Positions 1 to 12,782 are shown, numbered from the stretch's first letter. The stretch: DNA of 64,000 nucleotides from Octopus vulgaris (GCA_951406725.2 OX597828.1:69440001-69504000); one strand, 5' to 3'. The notes: a model not told the origin generated them from the letters alone. Translations and numbers: made by a program.

Positions 1-1495
1 TGACCGTCTCTATTGCATTCACAGCTGGTCACAAAACAGCAAACTTCCTCGAGGTAACCTTGGACATGAACTTATCCTTTTACTCCGTATTTAACTCTTT
101 TACTCTTTTTACTTGTTTCAGTCATTTGACTGCGGCCATGCTGGAGCACCGCCTTTAATCGAGCAACTCGACCCCGGGACTTATTCTTTTGTAAGACCAG
201 TACTTATTCTATCGGTCTCTTTTGCCGAACCGCTAAGTAACGGGGACATAAACACACCAGCATCGGTTGTCAAGCAATGCTAGGGGACAAACACAGACAC
301 ACAAACACACACATACATATATACATATACATATATACGACGGGCTTCTTTTCAGTTTCCGTCTACCAAATCCACTCACAAGGCTTTGGTCGGCCCGAGG
401 ATATAGCAGAAGACACTTGCCCAAGGTGCCACGCAGTGGGACTGAACCCGGAACCATGTGGTTGGTAAACAAGCTACTTACCACACAGCCACTCCTGCGC
501 TATATTGCAAAATTAATGAGTAATTATAATATACATATTAAAAAAACCCATCCCAGTATTGTGCAACAAATACTTTACTAAACATAAATTCTTCTTCTTA
601 AAATATATACATTAACTGTTGAGAGTTACCAGAGTAACTCTCAACAAACGCCTCCGCCTAAAGTGCATTCGCCATCTTCATTAAAAAATCTTATAGTTTA
701 AAAACATTATTTCCTTTCTACTTAACAAATACCATTTATTCTCCGCCCTATCCTGCAATTATTTCTTCTTTCTATTTCCCCTCTTCCCTCCTCTCCTTAG
801 TTTAACCCTTTTCTTCTCACATACATTACACTGAACAACCTCTAATACAGCCAGTTATCCTTAGATATATCTTAGTAATTTATACCCCACAGTGAAACTT
901 AGACTCCCCCACCACAACACACTACCCCCTTTGGGTGGTCAAACTAACTGATAATTCCAGTTATTCACCCTTCCACCCCTGCAAACCCACACATTTTCTC
1001 CTTCATACCATCCCACTTAGTATCCCCCTTCCCTACCTTCTACATATCTTCCTCTAACTCTAGACATTCACTACTTTTCTTCTAGACTCATTTTGTGCAT
1101 CGTCCACCACTAATACATCTTTATTACTTACCAAAGTCCGAACTCACTTCTCCGCCGAAGATGGAATAAATTGCCACAATAATGCTGTTTGCGGACTGCT
1201 TATAGGTAAATGCACCAACTACGTATCTACACTTGAAACAGCTGTAAGGACTACCTGTATATCTTCTTCATTCTTCTAATCTAGCTTTAGATTCTACGCA
1301 TGGTAACTGTCTTAACCTACTATGCAATATAAATAATACGGAATTGCCATATAAGTGTTCCAGGAGAATGGCAGCTTATATCATCCGTTATGAACTTTTC
1401 ACAATTGATCTTTCATTGACCTCTTATTATCTAAACTCCTGAAACTTTCATTTCTATCCGAAAGTCGAATCAAAGTATAAATTCACCATAATCTG
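1..1495 (+). mobile_element. Decayed Penelope-like retroelement (RT C-terminal part and 3' region), split by a SINE at 94-500
   Basis: Frame from base 3 reads TVSIAFTAGHKTANFLEVTLDMNL, like the PLE RT motif VNFLDVTLDL. It resumes after the SINE as IHIKKTHPSIVQQI (SNHPPSI-like), followed by a CT-rich region, an HHR-like motif at 1151-1250 and (TA)n. Confidence 0.6.
94..500 (-). mobile_element. tRNA-derived SINE, family A (head GCGCAGGAGTGGCTGTGTGG, tail AAGAGTAAAAGAGT)
   Basis: A/B-box-like head on the minus strand, internal TA/CA microsatellite, and close copies at 55056-55421 and 60131-60603. Confidence 0.85.
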
Positions 1496-1505
1496 ATATA
1501 TATAA

Positions 1506-1668
1506 GACGGGCTTCTTTCAATTTCTTTTTATCAAATCCACTCACAAGGCTTTGGTCGGCCCGAGGCTTTAGTAGAAGACATTTGCCCTAAGGTGACACG
1601 CAGTGGGACTGAGCCCGAAACCATATGGTTGGGAAGCAAGCTTCTTACCACATAGTCACTCCTACGTC
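1506..1668 (-). mobile_element. SINE family A, 5' half
   Basis: Matches 337-500. Confidence 0.75.
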
Positions 1669-1762
1669 TATAAACATATACATATACATATACATACACA
1701 CATACACACACACACACACATATATATATATGCACACATATATACATACATACACATACATA

Positions 1763-2799
1763 CGACCCTATCATATCACCGACTCCTTCACCTGCACTTC
1801 TACCAATGTCATCTACTGCATCTACTGGTCTCTCTGCCCTTCTCTATACATCGGGCAAACGGGACGCCGCTTGGCCGACCGGTGGTCCGGAACACCTCCG
1901 AAACATCCGACTCGGCAATGACACACCGGTCTCGCGCCATTTCAGCTCTACCGGTTACTCTTTGCAACACCTGTCTGTGTTCGGATTGTCCTTGCCCAGG
2001 GGCCATCCGGACTCCCGTTTTCGCCGTGAACAGGGATTAATCTTCTCTCTTCGCTCCTTTGCGCCATATGGGCTCTCTTCCCCACTTCATCTAACCCTCC
2101 TCTCCTCTCCTCTCTCCCTCTCACACCTACTTCCTCCCACCCACCACTCCTCTCTTGCCCAGACTCCTACTTCTCTTCACTCCTACTCTCCTTCTCTCTT
2201 CTTTTCACTCCTACCCACCTTCTCCCTTCCCTCTCTCCCTTCATCATCACCCCTCCCTCGTAATCCCGCCCCTACACAATCGAACACCACCTTTCCTATC
2301 CATCCCATCCTACCCCTACCCTATCCCTTACTGTTACATACCACATCTCGAACCCCACCCTCAGCCTAACCCACATGCTCCACCTCTACCCCCACCCTCA
2401 TCACCACGCACACACTAGCACTGACCACTTCCCAGGCCCACACCCTATACATACACATACGCACACGTGAAGGTCACCAGCCCTCTTCCACACGCACATA
2501 CATGCTCTCTTATACACACCCACGCGTACCTTCATTTTGGGATCACCACTACTTTATTATCCCCCCTTCTTCCTAGCTTTCCTGTGTGACCCCTCTGTCC
2601 GGCATTCGCCATGATAGATCGCAAGCCACAACACATTCTTTATTTTCTCTACTTGTTTCTTTCTGTGTTTCTTTCTGTGGAAGAGCGTCGGCTCGAAACG
2701 TTAAAGACTTTTCACTCCCCGAGCGTTATACTAACACCTCTGTTTGTTTTCTACACCATCTGTCTTCGTCTTTGGTGGCTTTTTTGTGAATTCTCCCTA

Positions 2800-2800
<1 letters not shown>
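1763..2800 (+). mobile_element. Penelope-like element 3' part: frameshifted GIY-YIG endonuclease, CT-rich UTR and HHR-bearing pseudo-LTR tail
   Basis: ITDSFTCTSTNVIYCIYWSLCPSLYIGQTGRRLADR, then EHLRNIRLGNDTPVSRHF...RREQGLIFSLRSFAPYGL, typical of PLE GIY-YIG domains. Ends at (TA)n. Confidence 0.85.
2670..2707 (+). ncRNA. Minimal hammerhead-like motif, CUGUNGA-core family
   Basis: UCUUU-CUGUGGA-A-GAGC(GUCG)GCUC-GAAA-C-GUU-AAAGA. Confidence 0.55.
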
Positions 2801-2887
<87 letters not shown>

Positions 2888-3083
2888 TATTTATACTTAT
2901 ATTTATATATCATGTATGTATAATGACACTGCTCTCTTGCGATACAAAAAAGTACAATCAAGTGCTGCTGATCATGCAAGAATTGCAGAACTCGGGACAG
3001 TAAAAGAGACCAGTCGTAGAACAATGTACATTAAATAATTACATATTAATTCCGTAATGCGTATATACATACATACGTATACA

Positions 3084-3156
<73 letters not shown>

Positions 3157-3283
3157 CTTACTTGGAAGAGATGCGTGACGTTAAAATCAGTAGATAATGT
3201 TACGAAATAGGGAAAGCTATGGAGCGTGTTAAGTGTAGTATAAATTTCCGTGTGCCTGTGCGTATGTGCGTGTGTCTGTGTAC

Positions 3284-3314
<31 letters not shown>

Positions 3315-4199
3315 CGTGCGTGCGTGTGTGTGTGTGTGTAGTGTGTGTGTGTGTGTGTGTGTGTGTGTCTGGGCGTACACGTACATATCTGCACATGTGC
3401 AGACCTGACAGTTTTCCGGTTGATTTATTTCCTCATCTTCTCTTATTCGTCCACCCTCCTCCTCCTCCTCCTCGTCCCCCTTTTCGTTTCCTCGCCCCCC
3501 ACCCCCACCACTATTTTTCTTGGGATCTTCACGTCCTGAGAGCACTTTTGTGATATCTTGGTTGCCAAGACAAACGTTGCTAATAGGGAACCAACGTCCG
3601 TGCAGAAGCACATGCCTCCATGAATACATAAGGACATAGATACATACATACATAAATTATACGATGTGTACGCACTCACACACATAGTTACATACACACA
3701 TATGTACACATACTCATATACACACATTAATATATATATATACATACATGCATTCATACATACATATACACACGTGTATATATATACACGTGTGTGTGTG
3801 TCTTCATGGTGATACGTACATAAATAATAAGTCATGTATACACAAGTATGTATGTATACAAAATAAATACAAACATAGTCATATAAACACAGATAAACAA
3901 AATATATTGCAACATAGGAACGTAATAGTCAACGGAATGTGTCCTTCGTCAGTTTCGACGGTGACTGCTTCAGTTGTTCGGTTTATGGAACCGTAAACGA
4001 TTGAGTATTCTGGATATAGTATTCTGAGTGAACGGTTGAGTATTCCGCCCGTCAAAGATAATCTGCAAAGAGAATGAATTTGGTGTTTATGGTTGGCAAG
4101 AGCGGCTCTTGTTTCGAGGTTCGAAACCAGTTCTTTCGGCATTGGTGAGAAATTCGACGATAAATAAATACGCACGGGAAAGCATACGTAAACACCTAA

Positions 4200-4546
4200 T
4201 ACATACATACAAGCATACATACATACATACATACATGCATACATACATACATACATGCATACATACTTACATACATGCATACATACATACATACATACAC
4301 ACATACATACATACATACATACATACATACATACATACATACATACATACATACATGCATGCATACATGCATGCATACATACATACATACATACATACAT
4401 ACACACATACACACATACATACATACATACATACATACATGCATGCATGCATGCATACATACAAACATACATACATACACATACATACATACATACATAC
4501 ATACATACATACATACATACATACATACATACATACATACATACAT
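4200..4546. repeat. (TACA)n microsatellite
   Basis: Direct reading. Confidence 0.95.
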
Positions 4547-4797
4547 GCGTTTACGCAAGCATCCATTCAGCCATTCCGACGTAGCACATCGGCAAATAGA
4601 CTTCACTGGGTCCGGGACGAGCGATTCATTTCGTTTGGAGGCAATTCGGGTGCAAGGTATTATGTGGTATCGAAAAAATCGCAGTAATGGCGAAGTGGTG
4701 GTCCCTACCATTCTCGATCACTTCGGAACAAGTTGTCTCTCCTGGTCTAGAATATTCGGTGTTTCTCTCTCTCTCCATTTATATATACATATAAATG

Positions 4798-5935
4798 GAA
4801 GCGTTCGTAAGCCGCGTTGTAAATATCGGCCGTCCTTTGTAAGCCATCTGCAGTCTGGCTCGGAGTGGCATTGTCGTCAGCATACTGCATCTCACGGACT
4901 GAGATAGCGGAGGTACACGTCTTTGCATGGAGGCGTGCGAGATTGAAGAGCCCATTATCCAAGCGATAGCGCATGTTGACGGAAGGCGAATCTAATGGGC
5001 TTTCTTTGAACATGGCAGCCATGTACAAAGAGGTTGCTGCCAGAACGCATCCTTCCTTAAAACCCCCAGTGATGGGAAACGGGCCTGCGAGGGAATTTTG
5101 ATGGCATACCCTACCCACCATGGCGTCGTGGAGGTAGTGGACCAGGGCAATGAAGTCCTCCGGACATCCAAACCGGGCAAGGACGGCCCACATTGTAGGA
5201 CGGGAGACCTTGTCAAAGACTTTCTTTAAGATCCCAGATGAACATTGCTGGCTGTTGTTGTTCCTGACACTTCTCCAGGAGTTGACGGGCACAAAAGATC
5301 GTGTCGATTGTGCCTCGAGAGGGTCAAAATCCACACTGGGACTCAGGGAGGATGTCTTTCGCGGGGATGAGGAGGCGATTGAGTAGGATACAGGCGAAGA
5401 TCTTACTTGCAATACTCCGGAGTGAGATGCCCCGATAGTTGTTGCAATCCTCTCGGTCTTCCTTCTTGAAGATGGTGATGATAGTTGCATCGCGGAAGTC
5501 GTTCGTGGCGGGGGGGGGGTCTTGTTTTCCCAGATCTTGAGGACAGGGAGCATCAGATGATTTCTCGGGACCTCCGTGCGTGAAAAACTCAAACGGGATG
5601 TTGTCTAGTCCTGGATCTTTCCCCGGCTTCATGCGCGCAAGTGCCTTGTTGAACTCATGATATGAGGGTGGCAGAGACATCCAATGGCGGATGAGGAGCT
5701 GTGGAGTGTTTCGGAGGAGATCGTCAGGAGTGCGTGAGTGGTCGAAATGGGACTACCAGCGATCGAGGATTCCCTGGGTGTCAGTGATCGTTGAGCCAGC
5801 TGCGTTCTTCAGGCCGCCCACTGATGACCTTGCGGGGCCGAAGATCTCCTTGGTTCCGGCATAAAAGCTGCGCAAGTCTCGTTGGTCCGCATAGTTTTGC
5901 ATCTCTTCTGCTTTCCTCTGCCACCAGATGTTCTG
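4798..5935 (-). mobile_element. RTE (BovB-like) LINE reverse transcriptase pseudogene fragment
   Basis: KDPGLDNIPFE, NYRGISLRSIASKIF, LPESQCGF, FDKVSR..MWAVLARFGCP, RYRLDNGLFNLARL, MQYADD, with frameshifts. Confidence 0.9.
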
Positions 5936-5939
5936 AGCT

Positions 5940-6145
5940 TATGTGTGTGTGTCACGTTGTTCTGCGATCATTTCCACATCTGACATGTGGCACCCCTTGC
6001 ACCGGTACAGGTAATGTCGATCTGATGGAAGGAGTGAGCTTATGTCTACACAAACATTTGATCACTATAAACAAATCACCTGTGTGTGGATATTCGGTAA
6101 GAAATAGACGAACACATACGTCGTCTAACGACAGGAGAGTCCATC
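5940..6145 (+). mobile_element. SINE family D 3' part
   Basis: Similar to the reverse complement of 24725-24930. Confidence 0.55.
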
Positions 6146-6289
6146 ATATATATATGTGTATATATATATATATTGGCCTGTTCGCTTAGCCAGCGGGGTG
6201 GCGTCATTGGAGGCTAAAACAGTGCGAAGCGTATTGTGACAAGCGATGTGTAGCAACATCTGATGACCTGGTCGGTCATGTGATGTGAT

Positions 6290-6346
<57 letters not shown>

Positions 6347-6420
6347 TCATGTATGCGTGTGTGTTGAGAGAGAGAGAAAAAGAGAGAGAGAGAAAGAGAG
6401 AGAGAGAAAGAGAGATAGTG

Positions 6421-6465
<45 letters not shown>

Positions 6466-6630
6466 TGGGTTTCTGTATACCCCAAATTTCACTCAGAAAC
6501 TGCTAGTCATTCCAAAGTTCGAGTAAAAGGAAAGAAAAAGCCTGCCGCAAGGGCTTCGGTGCTGTGGGATCGAACTGGGATCGAGGCGCTTGCGAAGGTT
6601 GCTTCTTGGTTACACAGACAAAAAACTCTA

Positions 6631-7045
6631 GTCGGCGAGCTGGCAGACACGTAAGCGCGCCGGGCGAAATGCTTATTGGTATTTCGTCTGCCGTTACGTT
6701 CTGAGTTCAAATTCCGCTGAGGTCGACTTTGCCTTTCGTCCTTTCGGGGTCGATAAATAAAGTACCAGTTTCGCACTGGGATCGATGTAATCGACTTAAT
6801 CTCTTTGTTTGTCCTTGTTTGTCCCCTCTGTGTTTAGCTCCTTGTGGGTAATAAAGAAATAGGTATTTCGTCTGCCGTTACGTTCTGAGTTCAAATTCCG
6901 CCGAGGTCGACTTTGCCTTTCGTCCTTTCGGGGTCGATAAATAAAGTACCAGTTTCGCACTGGGGTCGATGAAATCGACTTAATCCCTTTGTCTGTCCTT
7001 GTTTGTCTCCTCTGTATTTAGCCCCTTGTGGGTAGTAAAGAAATA
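6631..7045 (+). mobile_element. tRNA-derived SINE family B, tandem dimer
   Basis: GGCGAGCTGGCAGA head and GAGTTCAAATTCC B box. The body GTCGACTTTGCCTTT...GGGGTCGATAAATAAAGTACCAG occurs twice. Confidence 0.85.
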
Positions 7046-7568
7046 TATATAAACGTATAGTAAGGTTACTTTAGAGTTACCAAATGCCTAAGATAAAGGT
7101 TGTCACAGGTTTCAGTGAGCGATTTTCAAAGGAAAGAAAGGGCGACATGAGCGTTAGGGAGCGAAAGGGAGACACTGACGTTAGATGTTGTGAAAAAGGA
7201 AATATTTAGAATATGAAGTGGTTTTTTAGTGGGGAGAAAACGGAGCAGGTTTATTGTGAGGGGAGAGGGGGGAGAGAAAGAGAGACGGACAGACAGACAG
7301 ACAGACACACGCGGATAGTATTTGTGGATGAGGGAGAGAAAGGAGAAAGGGAAAGGAGAGAGAGAATGGGGAGTGAGGGAGAGAGAGATTGAGTGAGAAA
7401 GAAGTGTGTATGCTTGTTCTATTTATTTCTAATCGATTTATAAAATATGAAAGCATTTTATTAATAAGGAACCCGGACTGAAACAGATGTGGTAAGCGTT
7501 GGCGGGGTGGGGTGTGGGTGGCAGAGAAATGAAGACAATTTTCATGTCTTGTGGCAATAGAAGAAAGG

Positions 7569-7640
<72 letters not shown>
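7569..7640. repeat. (TTA)n microsatellite
   Basis: Direct reading. Confidence 0.95.
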
Positions 7641-7644
7641 GAAA

Positions 7645-8265
7645 GGCGGCGAGCTGGCAGAATCGTCAGGACGCTGGGCGAAATGCTTTCGCCTACCGTT
7701 AACGTTGTGAGTTCAAATTCCGCCGAGGTCGACTTTGCCTTTCATCCTTTCGGAGTCGATAAATTAAATACCAGTTACGCACTGGGGTCGATGTAATCGA
7801 CTTAATCTGTTTGTCTGTCCTTCTTTATCCTTTCTGTGTTTAGCCCCTTTTGGGTAGTAAAGAAATAGGTATTTCTTCTGTCTTTATGTTCTGAGTTCAA
7901 ATTCCGCCGAGGTCGACTTTGCCTTTTATCCTTTCAGGATCGATAAATTAAGTACCAGTTACGTACTGGGGTCGATTTAATGGACTGCCATCCCACCTCC
8001 CCAAATTTCAGGCCTTGTGCCTATAGTAGAAAGGATTATTGTTATTATTAAGGCAGCATACTGGCAGAATCATTAGCGCGCTGAACGAAATGCTTAGCGG
8101 TATTTCGCCCGTCGCTACATTCTGATTTCAAATTTCGCCGCGGTCGACTTTGCCTTTCATCCTGTCGGGAGTTAATAAATAAAGTACCAGTTGCGTACTG
8201 AGGACGATATAATCGACTCATCTCCCCCCCCCTAATTTACTGCCCTTGTGGCAAAATTTGAAGCC
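7645..8265 (+). mobile_element. SINE family B cluster (dimer plus monomer)
   Basis: Three family B bodies in tandem. Confidence 0.85.
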
Positions 8266-8425
8266 ATTATTATTATTATTGGTTTAGCTCAGGTTCATTC
8301 TTTTTCCTAGGATTTATGTGGGTAGCGGGTTACTCCCTGTAGCCTGAGGCACCCACAAGTTTTCAGCAGTCTTTCAACTGCTTAGAACCTTCCTGATAAT
8401 CCTTGATGTCCTTAAGAGACGAGTA
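8266..8425 (-). mobile_element. 3' end of an R4/Dong-like RLE non-LTR element with (TAA)n tail
   Basis: Minus strand LLRTSRIIRKVLSS* resembles the LLGTARILRKVL C-terminus, followed by a short UTR and a TAA repeat. Confidence 0.5.
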
Positions 8426-8427
8426 TT

Positions 8428-8624
8428 ATTCTTTTCTACTCTAGGCACAAGGCCCGAAATTTTGGAGGAAGGAGCCAGTCGATTAGATCAACCTCAGTTC
8501 GCAACTGGTACTTAATTTATCGACTCCGAAAGGATGAAAGGCATAGTCGACCTCGGCGAAATTTGAACTCAGAACGTAAAACATTTCGCCCGACGTGCTA
8601 ATGATTCTGCCAGTTCGCCGCCTT
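8428..8624 (-). mobile_element. SINE family B
   Basis: Reverse complement of the family B pattern. Confidence 0.8.
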
Positions 8625-8635
8625 AAGAGATGAGT

Positions 8636-8862
8636 ATTATTGCGAAGGCGGAGGTATTGTTTTCAGTCGTGTTTGTTTGTTTGTCCGTGTACAAGATATC
8701 TCAAGAACCACTGGATGGATTCGGATGAAACTTTCAGGGGTGTTTGGCCTTGTGACTGGCACCAACTGATTACATGTTGGGATCGATCCGGTACGGGAAA
8801 GGATTCTGGATTATTTTTCTGGATATTTTACTTAATTTTTGAGAGCGGTTAGTTTCGTGCGT
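8636..8862 (+). mobile_element. Helentron-associated (HINE/DINE-1-like) non-autonomous fragment
   Basis: GAAGGCGGAGGTATTGTTTTC...(GTTT)n..GATATCTCAAGAACCACTGGATGGATTCGGATGAAACTTT core. Confidence 0.5.
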
Positions 8863-8865
8863 ATA

Positions 8866-9240
<375 letters not shown>

Positions 9241-9428
9241 AAACATTGATAGGAGAACAAACATCACATTCGAGTCAAACATTCGAGTCAAACATTCGAG
9301 TCAAACATCACATTCGAGACACAACTCGAATTTAATGTTTGTTCTCTTATCAATGTTTTTTTTTTTTTCATTCTGTCTCAATCTCATTTGAGTCCTTCTT
9401 TTTTGCAGTCCTATAAACACTTTTGTCT

Positions 9429-9467
<39 letters not shown>

Positions 9468-9470
<3 letters not shown>

Positions 9471-9820
9471 ATTAAGGACTGCACACGAAAAGTGGACAGT
9501 CAACATGCTAGATATAGACGTCAAATCGCCATTCTCCACAAAAAGTTTATGTTCTCAGATCAGACTCAACAAAACCAAAGCAATAAACAAGTGAAAAATA
9601 TACGAAATAAATATTTATTTCGTATATTTTTCACTTGTTTATTGCTTTGGTTTTGTTGAGTCTGATCTGAACATAAACTTTTGTGGAGAATGCGATTTGA
9701 CGTTATTCTAAATGCAGTCCTTAATTGGTATATATAAATATTTTAATCTTCGGATTCTTTTTTAATATGCTAGACCACTGGTTCTAATTGATAAATATCA
9801 ATTTTTACCCTAAATTTAAT
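9468..9820. repeat. Long palindrome (58-bp perfect arms, no spacer, centre 9612/9613) plus one-sided tail, between (TA)n tracts
   Basis: 9555-9612 is the exact reverse complement of 9613-9670, with imperfect extension to about 9468-9726. Confidence 0.9.
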
Positions 9821-9839
9821 TATATATATATATATATAT

Positions 9840-10425
9840 GATGGCTGCAAACTCGTGTTTGAGTATTACCTTCGCCTGATCAAAAGTCCCACACATGCAA
9901 AGGCTAAGACCAACCATTCTTGTGATAGGTCTTACTTTTTTTTCCAAGCGATGCCTGTGCATGATGATTTTTTTATAGTGGGGAAAGGATTTGCACAAAT
10001 CCAATCCCACTCCCTAAACATGGACAACATAAACTCAAAAAGTACAACTCATCTACATTATCGAATATCGTCAGTGTCACAGGTTTTCTCTCAGAGTTTT
10101 CCTCTCCCAGAAAGATGTTATGACAACAACAGAGGGGCCTCCCACTCTCAGTTCGTTTGGACACCAATCCAGGTATTTCCACGTCCCCACACATACACAC
10201 ATGCATACATACACATGTACACATTTTTGGATGGCTGTTAACTGCTTATGAGCTCTTCTGCCCTTTGACGGGTCATATTTTCCGTCCTGCAAGGTGTCCA
10301 ACAATCACTCTCCTCACCAAGCAGGCTTGATGAGGTCCCCAGTTTAGTCGCCGCCGACCCGATCATGCAACATGTTGTACTGGGTTACATGTTACCAGTA
10401 ACGTCCAAGAGCCACCTGACATAAT
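9840..10425 (-). mobile_element. Possible RTE LINE 5' region (5' UTR plus heavily decayed endonuclease)
   Basis: Weak APE-like peptide remnants and a structured GC-richer 5' segment at 10240-10425. Confidence 0.3.
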
Positions 10426-10434
10426 ATACATACA

Positions 10435-11154
10435 CTTGCACTAGACCCGGCGTTGCCGGGTCTAGTGCTAGTCAAGCATATTTGGTCTTTCATGAAATTC
10501 CCTCTCTCTTGTCATTCACTTGGTCTAACTCGTTAATTATTCCCTCCATTTCTCAAATCAAAAAATCTTGCAAGTTTGAAAGCCAAAACATATGATAACG
10601 CGTCTTCGCAAAGCACAAAAATGCGCAGAGTCATACAGACTGTCTGCAAATGCGCATGTGCATCCAACTGTCAGGTGTAAAGTTATCCCCATCAAATAAA
10701 AAAACAGACATTTTGCCGTTTATAGATATAGAGATTTTAAGCAAACGTTTAGAAACGTTTAGAAACTCCAGAAATCCGGGACAGTTCCGGTCCTAAATTG
10801 GATAAATTGGTCTGGTACAGTATTGAGGTGTGATACATAACAAGGGGAGAGAAATGCAGAGTTTTAAAGAGTTATTTCCCTTGCTATGGTTTAATATCTT
10901 TAGATTAAACTGCTGGATTAAGTGAGTTACGTCCCTTGTATTAAAAACTTTTGTTGCCCGAAACATAAGGGGTCGGTTTATCGAGTTTTTTTAAATGGCT
11001 TTCAGTGGTAACTGGGAAATGAAAAGATCTTAACAACCACCCTTGGACGGTTTTGAATGACCATAGAAAGTACGAGCCTTCTAACTGAAAAGTTGTGGAT
11101 TTGTATAAAGGATACACACACAGACAGACATTTTGTCGTTTATATATAGAGAGA
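10435..11154 (-). mobile_element. Non-autonomous Helitron (composite, two 5' ends)
   Basis: Minus-strand 5' TCTCTCTATATATAAACGACAAAATG at 11154 and a related 5' end at about 10733. 3' hairpin CCCGG-CAACG-CCGGG followed by a CTAG-like end. Confidence 0.7.
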
Positions 11155-11236
11155 TACATTCATACATACATACATACATACATACATACATACATACATA
11201 CATACATACATACATACATACATACATACATACATT

Positions 11237-11475
11237 ATGGCTGCCTCCTCGTTATCGAGTATGGCCATTGCACGAAGCTTAACTGTTACTGGTGCTGTGA
11301 TCGAATGTGACTTTTTAGCCCAGCTAAAGATCCACAATGTCTTGTACAAAATTGACAACTAAGACCTTTACTGGTAATATCCGGCTGCAGTTGCAACTGG
11401 GCTTCATGTACCTTTGCATGTCGACTGGGCTTCATATACATTTGCATGTCGACTGGGCTTCATGTACCTTTGCAT
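11237..11475 (-). mobile_element. RTE LINE 3' end
   Basis: Minus strand GLSCQFCTRHCGSLAGLKSHIRSQHQ* (C2H2-type C-terminus) with a short UTR, embedded in (TACA)n. Confidence 0.65.
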
Positions 11476-11791
11476 ACATACATACATACATACATACATA
11501 CATACATACATACATACATACATACATACAAACATACATACATACATACATACATACATACATACATACATACATACATACATACATACTTACTTACATG
11601 CGCACAATCCATGTGTTCCAAATACAAATCACACACACGATGTGATATTCAATCCCGTTCGTCTAGATTTTCTTCATTTTTGTTATCCTCTTATTCTGGG
11701 GTATTTGGTTACCACGCGACATGCAAAGTATCACACAGATGTTGTTTTAGACCGAGAGCAGCTGTATACAGAGTGTATAGTTGAGAGAGGA

Positions 11792-11838
<47 letters not shown>

Positions 11839-12004
11839 CCGAGACAGAAACAGAGAAAGAGAGATAGAGAAAGAGTGAGAGAAAGATAGAGAGAGAGAGA
11901 GTGCAAGAAGGAAGAGAGAAAGCGAGAGGACAGAAAGGCAGAGAGAGGGGAAAGCGAGAAAGAGGGATAAGGAGAGAAAGACATAAAGAAAGAGATGAAG
12001 AGAA

Positions 12005-12051
<47 letters not shown>

Positions 12052-12450
12052 GAGAACAAAAATGGCAGAGAGAAAAAGCTATTGATTTCCTCATACATTG
12101 GTATGGCTCTTTTTTTCTGGTCGTCCTTTGATATCAATAACTAGGAACAGGAAGATAGTTGCTGTGCATTTCTAAATTTATCTATTGACTGATTCAGACA
12201 TATTTATTTATTTATTTAGAACTCTCACAATTGCTTTGCTACCCTTTTCCCGTTTGTCTTGCGAGTGTCTCCTGCTGTGAGGTTGCCCACGTAAACCACG
12301 TACAAATTGTTAAATGTATACAAAACAGGAGCAGACATGGTTGTATGAAGGTGCAGGCATCCGACCGAGTGGTTAAAAGGCTTGCTTCCTAGTCGTGCGG
12401 TTACGGTTTCAGTCCCAGTGCGCGTATTCTTGGCCAAGCTTATTCTACCA

Positions 12451-12484
<34 letters not shown>

Positions 12485-12486
<2 letters not shown>

Positions 12487-12690
12487 GACGCCATAATAGA
12501 TCTTTAGCCACTACACACATTTTTTTTCTCTCCTTGTTTTTTTCTGTGTCCTCTTCTGTAGAAGAGCATAGGCTCGAAACGTAAAAGACTTTTTCAATTC
12601 CTGTGCGTTATACTAATACATCTGTTTGTTTTGTATAGCACCTGTCTTCGTCTTTTGTTTTTTTTTCGTAAACTCTCCATCTATATATAA
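12485..12690 (+). mobile_element. PLE pseudo-LTR/tail module with CUGUNGA hammerhead-like motif (12551-12588)
   Basis: Homologous to 2610-2800, 18212-18420 and 54190-54570, and flanked by (TA)n. Confidence 0.7.
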
Positions 12691-12732
12691 ATATGTGTGT
12701 GTGTGTGTATGTGTGTGTGTGTGTGTTTGTGA

Positions 12733-12782
<50 letters not shown>

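Noticed and set aside
3925-3960. CTGACGA-A-GGA..TCC on the minus strand
   Set aside because: No GAAA half of the core follows.
6255-6290. CTGATGA motifs here and at about 56827
   Set aside because: No helix II/GAAA context. The first lies in a retroposon-like tail.
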